A stretch of 64,000 bases of DNA from an uncultured Gammaproteobacteria bacterium (GTDB taxonomy: Bacteria > Patescibacteriota > Microgenomatia > Daviesbacterales > UBA10151): assembly GCA_964360965.1 (NCBI GenBank), contig CAYHYM010000004.1, positions 660 to 64,659 of the forward strand, in the 5' to 3' direction. Below the pieces are notes generated by a model. It saw only the letters and a program-made list of their open reading frames with translations. It ran no database searches and had not been told where the DNA came from. The position numbers and the translations under genes are program-made. Shown here one piece after another: positions 28,074 to 36,648 of this stretch. The first letter of the stretch is position 1. Each line of letters opens with the position of its first letter.

Positions 28074-30284
28074 TTAGGCACGAGGCCAATCAGAGATCAT
28101 TATGGATTCCCCTTTATGAGGTAGTTTTTGCCATAATTCTTCTGTAATAAAGGGCATGAATGGATGAAGCAGTTCTAGGCTGGTTTTGAAAACATACTCT
28201 AAAACAGGTTGAGCTTCAGCTCTTCTTTCTTTGGTAGATTCAATATATTTATCTGCAAACTCATGCCAGATAAAATCATATAAGATATTGGCAGCATCAT
28301 GGAATCTGAAAGCTTCCAAGGCTTTAGTAACCTTTTCAGTAGTTTCTGCTAATTTTTTAATAATTTCTTTATCATCAGCATTGTCATTGCGAGGAGTCTG
28401 CGACGAAGCAATCTGGATTGGAGATTGCCACGGTCGCCCAGGCGACCTCGCAATGACGTCTTTATTTGGATTAAACTCAATGATGAAGCGGCCAATATTC
28501 CAAAGCTTATTGGTAAAATTTCTCATAGCCTGGAGTTTAGGATGAGACAGGGATTGATCATGGCCCAAAGCTGTGCCGTAAATTAGAGCCATCCTGGCTG
28601 CATCTGCCCCGTATTGATCTGTAACTTCTAAGGGATTGACTACGTTATTTTTAGATTTACTCATTTTTTTGCCTAAAGGATCTAAAACCATGCCATGTAA
28701 AACAATATCTTGAAAAGGGATTTTGTTGGTAGCGTATAAACCCAGCATGATCATTCTGGCCACCCAGAAAAATAAAATTTCTCTACCTGTTTCTATAATT
28801 TGAGTTGGATAGAATTTTTCAAAATCTCCGCCAGCTGGCGGATTGGTGGTCTGCAAAGTAGCGAAGGTCCACTGACCTGAAGAAAACCAGGTATCAAAAG
28901 TGTCTTGATCCTGTTCCAGGGTGGAGTCATTACAAGAGCTGCATGTATCCGGCTTTTCACCTTCAGTAACAGTCCATTTTTTGCAAGAATCACAATACCA
29001 GGCAGGAATCTGTATTCCCCAGATAATTTGCCTGGAGATATTCCAATCCCTGATATTTTTAAGCCAGTTAAAGTAAATTTTGGCAAAATTTTTGGGATAA
29101 ATTTTTATTTTCCCAGATTTTACTGCCTCAATTGCTTTTTTTGCCAAAGGTTCAACTTTTATAAACCACTGCTCCAAAGGCAGGGGTTCAATTACATTTT
29201 TACACTTATAACAAAGGCCAATTCTGTGTTTGTATTCATAATCAACTTTTTCTAAAAGTTCTTTTTGCTCTAATTCTTCTACAACTGCCTGTTTTGCCGC
29301 TTTCACACTCATTCCGGAAAACTTTCCCGCACTAGCATTTAACCTTCCATCAAAGCCAATCACCTGAACAATAGGTAGGTTATGGATTTGAGCTCTTGCA
29401 AAATCATCCATGTCATGGGCTGGGGTAAGTTTGATAATTCCTGTTCCAAAAGTAGGATCAACAGTGTCATCCGCTATAATTTTCATCTCTTTGTCTGTTA
29501 AAGGATTTTTTACTTTTCTACCTGTATACCGGGAATTTTTCTTATCTTTTGGGTTAATAGCCAGATAGTCATCAATCATGATTGGCTCTGGTCTGGTGGT
29601 AGCAATAACTAAATATTCTGGCTCGCCAGCTTTGCTGTTAATTAGTGGGTAGCGGACATAATATAGCGGATCTTTTCTTTCTTCATAAACTACTTCTAAA
29701 TCAGAAAAGGAGGTGCCATTTGTAGTGCAGTAATTAACCAATCTTTGGGTTCTGTAAACCAATCCATCATCAAACAGTTTTTTAAAGGTTTTGTAGACAA
29801 CTTTGACAATATCAGGATCAAGAGTAAATTTTTGTCTGGACCAATCAAGAGAAAACCCCAGTCTTTTGAGTTGCTGTTCCATATTTCCTCTATTCTCTGC
29901 CACAAAATCCCAAATCATCTGATAAAGGGTGGTTCTGTCGTAATCAAATCTGGATTTTCCTTGATTCTCAAGATGTTTTTCAAAAACAAATTGTGTTTCA
30001 AAACCGGCATGGTCTGCTCCGGGCAGCCACAAAGTAGCTTCACCTTTCATCCTATGATATCGGATGAGAATATCTTCAATGGTATACATGGCATGGCCAA
30101 AATGTAGGGGGGCATTGGCATTGGGTGGAGGTAAGATGATGGTAAAAGGTTTGCCATCAGGATTTATTTCAGGCTTAAAATAGCCTGCCTTTTCCCAAAA
30201 TTTGTACCATTTTTGTTCAACCTTAGTTTGATTATAAACTTTGTCCATCAGCATAAGTATAGGGTGCTTGTAGTAGTTGGTCAA
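28074..30284 (-). CDS. valS: valyl-tRNA synthetase (reduced form) with in-frame repeat insertion in the C-terminal domain
   Basis: HIGH region PPPNANAPLHFGHA, KMSKS motif, ValRS-like blocks; the 75-nt GC-rich element is read through in frame. Confidence 0.8.
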   Translation of the reverse strand: MTNYYKHPILMLMDKVYNQTKVEQKWYKFWEKAGYFKPEINPDGKPFTIILPPPNANAPLHFGHAMYTIEDILIRYHRMKGEATLWLPGADHAGFETQFVFEKHLENQGKSRFDYDRTTLYQMIWDFVAENRGNMEQQLKRLGFSLDWSRQKFTLDPDIVKVVYKTFKKLFDDGLVYRTQRLVNYCTTNGTSFSDLEVVYEERKDPLYYVRYPLINSKAGEPEYLVIATTRPEPIMIDDYLAINPKDKKNSRYTGRKVKNPLTDKEMKIIADDTVDPTFGTGIIKLTPAHDMDDFARAQIHNLPIVQVIGFDGRLNASAGKFSGMSVKAAKQAVVEELEQKELLEKVDYEYKHRIGLCYKCKNVIEPLPLEQWFIKVEPLAKKAIEAVKSGKIKIYPKNFAKIYFNWLKNIRDWNISRQIIWGIQIPAWYCDSCKKWTVTEGEKPDTCSSCNDSTLEQDQDTFDTWFSSGQWTFATLQTTNPPAGGDFEKFYPTQIIETGREILFFWVARMIMLGLYATNKIPFQDIVLHGMVLDPLGKKMSKSKNNVVNPLEVTDQYGADAARMALIYGTALGHDQSLSHPKLQAMRNFTNKLWNIGRFIIEFNPNKDVIARSPGRPWQSPIQIASSQTPRNDNADDKEIIKKLAETTEKVTKALEAFRFHDAANILYDFIWHEFADKYIESTKERRAEAQPVLEYVFKTSLELLHPFMPFITEELWQKLPHKGESIMISDWPRA
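28383..28457. repeat. 75-nt GC-rich element with perfect 12-bp terminal inverted repeats GTCATTGCGAGG/CCTCGCAATGAC inside valS
   Basis: Direct reading; internal hairpin gtcgccCAGgcgac; length is a multiple of 3 and it is translated in frame. Confidence 0.8.
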
Positions 30285-30670
30285 CGATGACTATGCCGGG
30301 GTACTGGTTTAAAAAAGATTTTATTTCTTTCTTTTTGAGAAAAGGGAGTTCTCCAGGTGGCAAACTGTAACTGTTCATCAACATCTTCAAAGGCAACAGT
30401 CATAGTGTTATGAGTACGGTTTAGAAAGACTGTTCTAAGTCGGTAAACAGCGCCTGGTTGATAGGGAGTAGCTGGTTTTTTATTGGCATAAATATACTCA
30501 TCTCTTCCAGGTATTTTAATAGTGACACTATTCAAGCCCACTATAATACTATTACCTTTATCTTCATAAATAGTATGCACTACCCTCACATTAGGCTCTT
30601 CTGATTCTGGTTTATCCCAAAGTTCAGGATTTATTTGTCTTGCTACTTCACTAATACCTTCAATATTCAT
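30281..30670 (-). CDS. hypothetical protein
   Basis: 129-aa ORF overlapping the valS start by 4 nt; no recognisable motif. Confidence 0.35.
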   Translation of the reverse strand: MNIEGISEVARQINPELWDKPESEEPNVRVVHTIYEDKGNSIIVGLNSVTIKIPGRDEYIYANKKPATPYQPGAVYRLRTVFLNRTHNTMTVAFEDVDEQLQFATWRTPFSQKERNKIFFKPVPRHSHR

Positions 30671-30736
30671 TTTTTATAAAAAATAACCCCAGAAGGGTTA
30701 ATTTAAGTATGATTATATGATTTAGGTTCATTATTG

Positions 30737-31879
30737 TCAAGCGAGGGATAAATTGGGATCTGCCTGAAGTTTTAAAGGATTTGGGATGGGTTTTTGGAAA
30801 AATCCAGCTGCTGCAATCATGGCTCCGTTATCTGTACACAAGTCTGGTGGAGGAATATATAATTTAATATTTGAATTCAAACTGTCCACTGTAACCTGTA
30901 ACCTGTCAACTAACTTTTTATTTGCAGCCACACCGCCGGCAATCATGATATTTTTCACAGGATGAACTTTTAATGCCTGGATTACTTTTTCTACTAAAGA
31001 TTCAACTATGGTATTTTCAATAGCAGCAGCCAGATCTTGCTTCACCTCCGAGGAGTCAAAGCCCACCTCGGAGGTGTGTACCAGGTTTGCTACTGCAGTT
31101 TTTAAGCCTGAATAAGAGAAATCAAAATCTTTTGATCCCTTCATAGGAATGGGAAGTTTAAATCTATTTGGATTACCTTTTTGAGCCAGTTTGGAAATTT
31201 CCGGTCCTCCTGGATAGGAAAGTCCTAATAATCTGGCACATTTATCAAAGCACTCACCTGCCGCATCATCCCTGGTGCCACCTAAATAATCATACTTGCC
31301 ATGACTGGTAAAAAGCACTAAATCCGTATGCCCACCTGAAACCAGTAAGCCTAAACAAGGAAATACTGGTACTTCACCTCCGGGATGTTCTGTTTGAATC
31401 CAGTTGGCATAAAAGTGGCCAAGTAAATGGTTAACTGGTATTAATGGTTTATTCCAAACTAAGGCTAGAGTTTTGGCTGTTTCTACTCCCACCAAAAGGG
31501 ATCCAATCAGTCCTGGACCGTATGTGACAGCTATGGCATCAATTTTCTTTATTCTGTCATCCCGACGAATGTCGGGATCCAATTCCGAACGTGACTTTGT
31601 TAATTGGATTCTCCTCGAGTCTGAGCGACCTCGGAGTCGAAGACCTGCATTCGCAGGAATGACATCGGGAAAGATTTGACTTAGTGCTTCCTCAATTACC
31701 GGAATAATGCTTTTGATCTGTTCCCTGGCAGCTTGTTCCGGAATAATTCCTCCATATTTGGCTTGTAAATTAGCTGATGATGCTACGACATTGGATAATA
31801 TTTTTACTCCATCTTTATCCTTTATCAATATAGCAACTGCTGTCTCATCGCAACTAGTTTCAATACCGAGTATTATCAT
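30737..31879 (-). CDS. tsaD: tRNA N6-adenosine threonylcarbamoyltransferase TsaD (Kae1/Gcp) with a 36-aa in-frame repeat insertion
   Basis: MIILGIETSCDET...HLLGH...GGVAANK blocks; length about 380 aa against a typical 340. Confidence 0.85.
   Translation of the reverse strand: MIILGIETSCDETAVAILIKDKDGVKILSNVVASSANLQAKYGGIIPEQAAREQIKSIIPVIEEALSQIFPDVIPANAGLRLRGRSDSRRIQLTKSRSELDPDIRRDDRIKKIDAIAVTYGPGLIGSLLVGVETAKTLALVWNKPLIPVNHLLGHFYANWIQTEHPGGEVPVFPCLGLLVSGGHTDLVLFTSHGKYDYLGGTRDDAAGECFDKCARLLGLSYPGGPEISKLAQKGNPNRFKLPIPMKGSKDFDFSYSGLKTAVANLVHTSEVGFDSSEVKQDLAAAIENTIVESLVEKVIQALKVHPVKNIMIAGGVAANKKLVDRLQVTVDSLNSNIKLYIPPPDLCTDNGAMIAAAGFFQKPIPNPLKLQADPNLSLA
31556..31663. repeat. 108-nt family-1 GC-rich MITE/RPE-like element inside tsaD (termini GTCATCCCGACG...CGCAGGAATGAC)
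   Basis: First 29 nt and last 23 nt are identical to the reverse complement of the rpmH-rnpA copy; multiple of 3; encodes ...LDPDIRRDD... in frame. Confidence 0.85.
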
Positions 31880-31947
31880 GCCGGTATTGTACTTTTTTAT
31901 CCCAGATTTGACAAATATCTTATAACCATGCTAGGATTTGGCACAAT

Positions 31948-32640
31948 ATGACAAATATAGAGCTTCCTAAATATTATCCAGAAATTTCTTTAGCAGATGA
32001 GCTGGACAGACAAAGGCAAGAATCCACTGAAAGAGTAGCTGTCCCTTTAGGGATAGATAGAGCTACATTCCAAGTTAAACTTCCCTCAAAATGGCCTGAG
32101 AGGGGTAAAAATTATGATGAATATGCTCTAAAAGTTCCTTTAATCTCTTTGGATTTAACCCCTTTCGGTTTTAGCTGGTTACAGGTTACAGAAGCTGCTT
32201 TGTATTATGATCCGGAAAATCCTAATGAGGTAATTAAACCCTTTATTTGGGATGAGTTAAGGAAAACTGATAATGGCAAAGATCGGTTAAGGGTTTGGAG
32301 AGATCCCAGAAAGGGAATTGAGCCTTTTCCTCAAGTTCCTCATGCTGTCTGGATTCAAGATGGGACCAGATATGCGCGGGGGCAATCACCCAGGGATGTC
32401 AGAAGAAATCTAAATGTTGTGGAAAGGGCAGGGGACCATTTTAAGGGTACTAGTTTGAACTTACTTCGCCCTGATATGTTTAAAAACATGTGGTGGTATT
32501 TTGTTGGTGGACAGCTTGGGTCCGGTGGCGTGCCCTATGGTTACTGGGATTCCGGGCCGGGGTTCGGTGCTAGCTGGGATGCCGATCCTTATGATGGCTT
32601 CCGCCCTCTTGTCTCTGGGAGTGAATATTCTGTAGCTTGA
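31948..32640 (+). CDS. hypothetical protein with GC-rich Gly/Trp/Asp-rich C-terminus
   Basis: ORF only; the C-terminal 45 aa are encoded by a locally GC-rich stretch. Confidence 0.35.
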   Translation: MTNIELPKYYPEISLADELDRQRQESTERVAVPLGIDRATFQVKLPSKWPERGKNYDEYALKVPLISLDLTPFGFSWLQVTEAALYYDPENPNEVIKPFIWDELRKTDNGKDRLRVWRDPRKGIEPFPQVPHAVWIQDGTRYARGQSPRDVRRNLNVVERAGDHFKGTSLNLLRPDMFKNMWWYFVGGQLGSGGVPYGYWDSGPGFGASWDADPYDGFRPLVSGSEYSVA

Positions 32641-32664
32641 TTCTTTTCGACGCAATTTTGTCGC

Positions 32665-33062
32665 TTAATCTATTTTAACAGAGTGCTCTTTTAGCCATTT
32701 GGAGATTTGTTCAACTGTTAAATTGCCATTGTCTACTCTAACTGCAAACTCTACTTCTTCTTTATGTTGATTTATTAATTTATACTCATTTTTTTAAGGA
32801 ATAAACCAGCTGAAGTTAAAGCGGCGCGTTTGTTGCCATCTACAAAGGGATGATTTTTTAAAAGTGACTGTAGTAGGGCTGCAGCTTTGTCAAAAATGGA
32901 AATATATAAATATTCGCCTCCAAATGTAGCTTGTGGTCTAGCTACCGCTGATTCTACCAAACCCATGTCCCTGGTTCCTAAAGAACCGCCAAATCTTTTT
33001 ACCATTTGATCGTGAATAAATAGAACCTGTTCTATTGTGAGAAAAATAATTTTTGTTTTCAC
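32665..33062 (-). pseudogene. doc: Doc (Fic-family) toxin, frameshifted at an A7 homopolymer
   Basis: Fic motif HPFVDGNKR in the 95-aa ORF 32775..33062; the -1 frame after the A-run (32789..32795) continues KNEYKLINQHKEEVEFAVRVDNGNLTVEQISKWLKEHSVKID, a typical Doc C-terminus. Confidence 0.6.
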
Positions 33063-33295
33063 CTATGGGAGAGTTCTTGTAAGACGTCTTTGTGATCTTC
33101 AATAAACTGATCCACCATTTTGGCGAATCTTACATCTACACCAGGTATCTTGATTTTCTTTTGTGGAATTAAGGTAAGACCCTGATTTGTTTCTTTCCAC
33201 TCAACCTTTGACCCATCCCGTATAGAAAGCTGGTGGGCATAGGCTTTAGGTACAGTAACTGCTAAAGAGTTACCATTTTTAAATACTTTTCTCAT
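33059..33295 (-). CDS. AbrB/MazE-fold antitoxin (Phd-like partner of Doc)
   Basis: N-terminal KVFKNGNSLAVTVPK swapped-hairpin motif; 4-nt overlap with doc. Confidence 0.6.
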   Translation of the reverse strand: MRKVFKNGNSLAVTVPKAYAHQLSIRDGSKVEWKETNQGLTLIPQKKIKIPGVDVRFAKMVDQFIEDHKDVLQELSHR

Positions 33296-33362
33296 GCCTT
33301 AATGATACCATAAATGTACTGACAAGGTACTGACAAATTAATGTGGGGTATAATATTTCCCA

Positions 33363-34238
33363 GTGATTACTAAATCAAAACAGGAATATATTAAAAATGC
33401 TATTTATCTTTCCTATACTTCTTTAAATGATTTTTTGAAGTGTCCCGGGAGCTATTATTTAAAAAACATCTACAGAGATCCCAAAACCGGCTTTAGGATG
33501 CAGATTGCCTCACCTTATCTTTCTTTAGGTTCAACAGTCCATGATGCTATAAAGTGGCATATAGAAATGGCAGGCCCGCTTCGACTCGCGTCGAGCGAGG
33601 CGAGACAGGTAACATATGAACAATTGGAGGGAAAATTTAGAAATCTATGGCTAAAATATACCGGTAAAAGAGGGGGTTTCTCCACCAAAGAAGATGAAGC
33701 AAGTTTTGGTAAGCGCGGCCTGTTAATGTTGGAGAATTTTTTTAGAAATGCCAAAAACTTGGAAGATAAACATCACAGTATAGAATTTCCTAAATACCCA
33801 TTATTGGATAATGTAATTTTAATGGGGAATTTTGACTTTATTGGGGAAAAAGAGGATCAGACCTTACATGTTGTGGATTTTAAAACCGGAGCAAATGATG
33901 AAAAAGATCCAATTCAGCTTTATATTTATGCCATTTTGGCAGAGGCTAATTTGGAAAAATCAGTTTCTTCAGCTTCATTTTGGTATTTGGACAGGGAAGA
34001 TAAACCGCGTGATATAGTTTTAGATCCGCTGGAACCAAAACTGGAATGGTTAAAAGAAAAAGCCACAGAGTTAAAAAAGGCAATTGGGGAGGGAATGTGG
34101 GTTTGTCCTTCGACTCGCTCCGCTCGCTCAGGATTATGTAGAGATTGTAGAGACTATCATGCCATTTTGGATGGAAAAGGTGAATTTCAATTTACTGATT
34201 ATAGATACAAGAAAGATGTTTATTACCTTCCCAAATAG
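33363..34238 (+). CDS. Cas4/RecB-like PD-(D/E)xK nuclease with 4-Cys cluster (orphan, no CRISPR nearby)
   Basis: N-terminal Cys (CPGSYY), DF...VDFKTG...QLYIY nuclease motifs, C-terminal C...C..C; two short GC-rich in-frame insertions. Confidence 0.55.
   Translation: MITKSKQEYIKNAIYLSYTSLNDFLKCPGSYYLKNIYRDPKTGFRMQIASPYLSLGSTVHDAIKWHIEMAGPLRLASSEARQVTYEQLEGKFRNLWLKYTGKRGGFSTKEDEASFGKRGLLMLENFFRNAKNLEDKHHSIEFPKYPLLDNVILMGNFDFIGEKEDQTLHVVDFKTGANDEKDPIQLYIYAILAEANLEKSVSSASFWYLDREDKPRDIVLDPLEPKLEWLKEKATELKKAIGEGMWVCPSTRSARSGLCRDCRDYHAILDGKGEFQFTDYRYKKDVYYLPK
33570..33612. repeat. short GC-rich element inside the Cas4-like gene
   Basis: ggcaggcccgcttcgactcgcgtcgagcgaggcgagacagg, about 70% GC in an AT-rich gene. 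Confidence 0.55.
34106..34133. repeat. 28-nt family-2 GC-rich element (TCCTTCGACTCGCTCCGCTCGCTCAGGA) inside the Cas4-like gene
   Basis: Identical ends to the rnpA insertion. Confidence 0.7.
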
Positions 34239-34259
34239 TGGCTAGACTTCATGAGTAGT

Positions 34260-34691
34260 TTAACCTGTTTTTTTAGAATCTGGGATTATGACTGAAATAA
34301 CAGGTTTTTGATCTAACAATTCTACCACAAAAAGCCCATGCAAAAGAGTGGCTGTTTTAAGCACTTGCTCAAGAGGGACTCCTGTTTCTTTGGCAATTTG
34401 TTCAGCAGGTGCGCTCCAATGATGATCTTTTAAAGAGCGGGTAAAAGCTCCCAAGGGCTGGTTTTTGTAAGCTGCCATTCTGGTAAGAAAAGCCAGAGGT
34501 TCTGCCAGTTCACTAAATGGCTTGGGGGCACAAGGTGTATCAGGTATGGGTACTTTAGTTAGATCAACAGGAACTGTTAATTGCTCAACAAGCATCATTT
34601 CTACTGTAGATCTATTTTCCAAGCTTGTCAAAAAAGCTGTTTGGTTAAGGTGAACTAGCCTCAAAAAACGTGAATTAATACCGCAAAACAC
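34260..34691 (-). CDS. hypothetical protein
   Basis: ORF only. Confidence 0.3.
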   Translation of the reverse strand: MFCGINSRFLRLVHLNQTAFLTSLENRSTVEMMLVEQLTVPVDLTKVPIPDTPCAPKPFSELAEPLAFLTRMAAYKNQPLGAFTRSLKDHHWSAPAEQIAKETGVPLEQVLKTATLLHGLFVVELLDQKPVISVIIPDSKKTG

Positions 34692-34728
34692 CTTAAATTC
34701 ACGCTAAATTGACAAAAGTAAGTGAATT

Positions 34729-35562
34729 TCAGCTAAGTTGATGGACCATGTCTTCTACCATTTCTCTAACTCTTGCTTGCTGAGGATAAGTTGAATCTTT
34801 ATCTGAGACTGCTTTATCGCTTGTTAAAGCTACAAAGCTGTGTTCAATATATCTACGGTCTATAGATTGCAGATAACCTGCTTGATGGCAATAACTAAAT
34901 CCATCTTGGGTAATATTACCATCTTTATGCCTAACAGTAACCTCTTGACCACTTGCTGTAGCAGTTTTTCTAGTAGGGATCCATCTTAAAAACTTTTGGC
35001 CCAGATAATTATCTCTAACTAAAAAGCCTTTCCTAAACTCATATAAAAATTGGCCTACATTTTGAGCTGTTGTTTCATTTAGTGTGCCTGATTCAAGATT
35101 TAAGATAGTAGTATCATGAAGATGCCAATTGGATAAAACATCCTGTATTCTATTTCTACCTGCTACATCCGCTACCTTGGCAATTGCTACGTTATCAGAA
35201 AATTGAATAGAGTATCTTAGGAGATCTTCTAAAGTCTTTGTTGGCAGCATGTCCCTTCTAACAGCTTTGGACATAGCCCAGAGAGGAAGAAATTCTACTT
35301 TAAGTCTTCCAGTACCATGCATATTTTCCTGATACTCGTAAGGGGTAATATGATATCTTTGTTGTAAATCAAGCACCTCATCTTCTACTATTTTTAGAGC
35401 TACAGCCACTATAAAAAGTTTACCCAAAGAAGCAGCAGGTTGTTTCTCATGAGAATTGTATTCAGTAACTACTTGGTCAGTTTTTAAATTCTGTTGGAAG
35501 AAAGCAGTATGTAACTGACCATAAGTTTGTATACCACTTGCTTCTTTAATTGAGCCTGTCAT
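34729..35562 (-). CDS. class A beta-lactamase-like serine hydrolase
   Basis: SxxK (ASLGK) and SDN (FSDNVA) motifs in the correct order and spacing. Confidence 0.45.
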   Translation of the reverse strand: MTGSIKEASGIQTYGQLHTAFFQQNLKTDQVVTEYNSHEKQPAASLGKLFIVAVALKIVEDEVLDLQQRYHITPYEYQENMHGTGRLKVEFLPLWAMSKAVRRDMLPTKTLEDLLRYSIQFSDNVAIAKVADVAGRNRIQDVLSNWHLHDTTILNLESGTLNETTAQNVGQFLYEFRKGFLVRDNYLGQKFLRWIPTRKTATASGQEVTVRHKDGNITQDGFSYCHQAGYLQSIDRRYIEHSFVALTSDKAVSDKDSTYPQQARVREMVEDMVHQLS

Positions 35563-35627
35563 GGTTGGATTGTATCATAAAAGTTTAACTTCTGCTAAAT
35601 TGTTATATTTGTGGAAGCCTACCTGTA

Positions 35628-36068
35628 TTATTCTCCGGCTAATTTAAAGCCCGGCTTAGGGTACCAATCATCAAAAGAAAATATCAAATTTGTTTCAAAC
35701 TTATTGGCAGTTGCAGCCACAATTGCGTCAAAAATAGTATTTTGCTTAGATTGAGACCTTGTTTCAAAAATAATCGCTGCCTTAGTTTGAATTTCTAAGT
35801 TTACGTACTCCACAGTAAAAGCTCCTGCCAGATATTGTTTATTTATTAATTTTGCTTTATCAGGTAGGTTTTTAGCACGAGATAAGGCTGTAATTGTTTC
35901 CAGAATAGCAGTATTAGGATAAATTACTTGAAATCTTTTTAAGTTGAGCCACTGACTGATTCTCTTTGCTTTTTGGTGATTAGCATCTTGCTTATCTGCT
36001 AAAGCTATTAAGGAATCCGCATCTCCTATAATAATATTGTTCACTTTTGTCTTTTCTCTCCACCCCAA
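35628..36068 (-). CDS. PIN-domain (VapC-like) toxin
   Basis: IIGDADSLIAL and DAIVAATA acidic PIN motifs. Confidence 0.55.
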   Translation of the reverse strand: MGWREKTKVNNIIIGDADSLIALADKQDANHQKAKRISQWLNLKRFQVIYPNTAILETITALSRAKNLPDKAKLINKQYLAGAFTVEYVNLEIQTKAAIIFETRSQSKQNTIFDAIVAATANKFETNLIFSFDDWYPKPGFKLAGE

Positions 36069-36325
36069 GCGTAGTAGTCGTGATTTATAGATACATCCGT
36101 AGGAGAACCTTGTTGGCTGGGCATTTGTTCTGCCATCTTAGCCAGATCAAGTAAAGCCTGGGCATTGGATTTAGGGTGATTAATCTCCAAGCCCTTACTC
36201 AGGGCCTCTCTTATAATTTCAGCTTCAGCCTTATTCTTATCTTGAGCTATTAAGCTAATTCTTCTTCTGGTATCATCCGGGATGTGAACACTGATTCTTT
36301 GCATATGTATTACATCATACATCAT
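36041..36325 (-). CDS. ribbon-helix-helix (CopG/VapB-like) antitoxin
   Basis: ISVHIPDDTRRRISLIAQDKNKAEAEIIREAL RHH pattern; overlaps the PIN gene. Confidence 0.5.
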   Translation of the reverse strand: MMYDVIHMQRISVHIPDDTRRRISLIAQDKNKAEAEIIREALSKGLEINHPKSNAQALLDLAKMAEQMPSQQGSPTDVSINHDYYAWGGEKRQK

Positions 36326-36344
36326 ACAAACAGGTTTGTCAAGT

Positions 36345-36540
36345 GCCCAACTTAACTTCAGCTAAAGTGTTGTGTTTATGAAATCCATTAGAGGGGATCG
36401 ACTCAAATAGCTTAATCGACGATATCCGTATTGGATTAAAAGGCATGGCCATAAGTTTTTCCATTTCCACTTCTAATTTTTGATCTACTTTTAAATGGTT
36501 GTTGAGCTTGGAAATATTGAAATCTTCACTTTTGATAAAG
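36345..36540. repeat. partial duplicate of the thpR 3' end (about 196 nt, same orientation as thpR)
   Basis: Near-identical to 41945..42125, including a 75-nt perfect stretch aaaaggcatggccataagtttttccatttccacttctaatttttgatctacttttaaatggttgttgagcttgg. Confidence 0.85.
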
Positions 36541-36570
36541 ACTTAAAAAAGTTAAGGTAAAAATTACCAG

Positions 36571-36648
36571 GCTATTTTAGAGGGGAAAGGTGAGTTTCAG
36601 TTTACAGACCACCGCTACAAAAAAGATATTTATTTCTTGAAACGTTAA
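36571..36648. repeat. remnant copy of the 3' end of the Cas4-like nuclease gene
   Basis: Translates to AILEGKGEFQFTDHRYKKDIYFLKR*, against AILDGKGEFQFTDYRYKKDVYYLPK* at 34171..34238. Confidence 0.7.
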
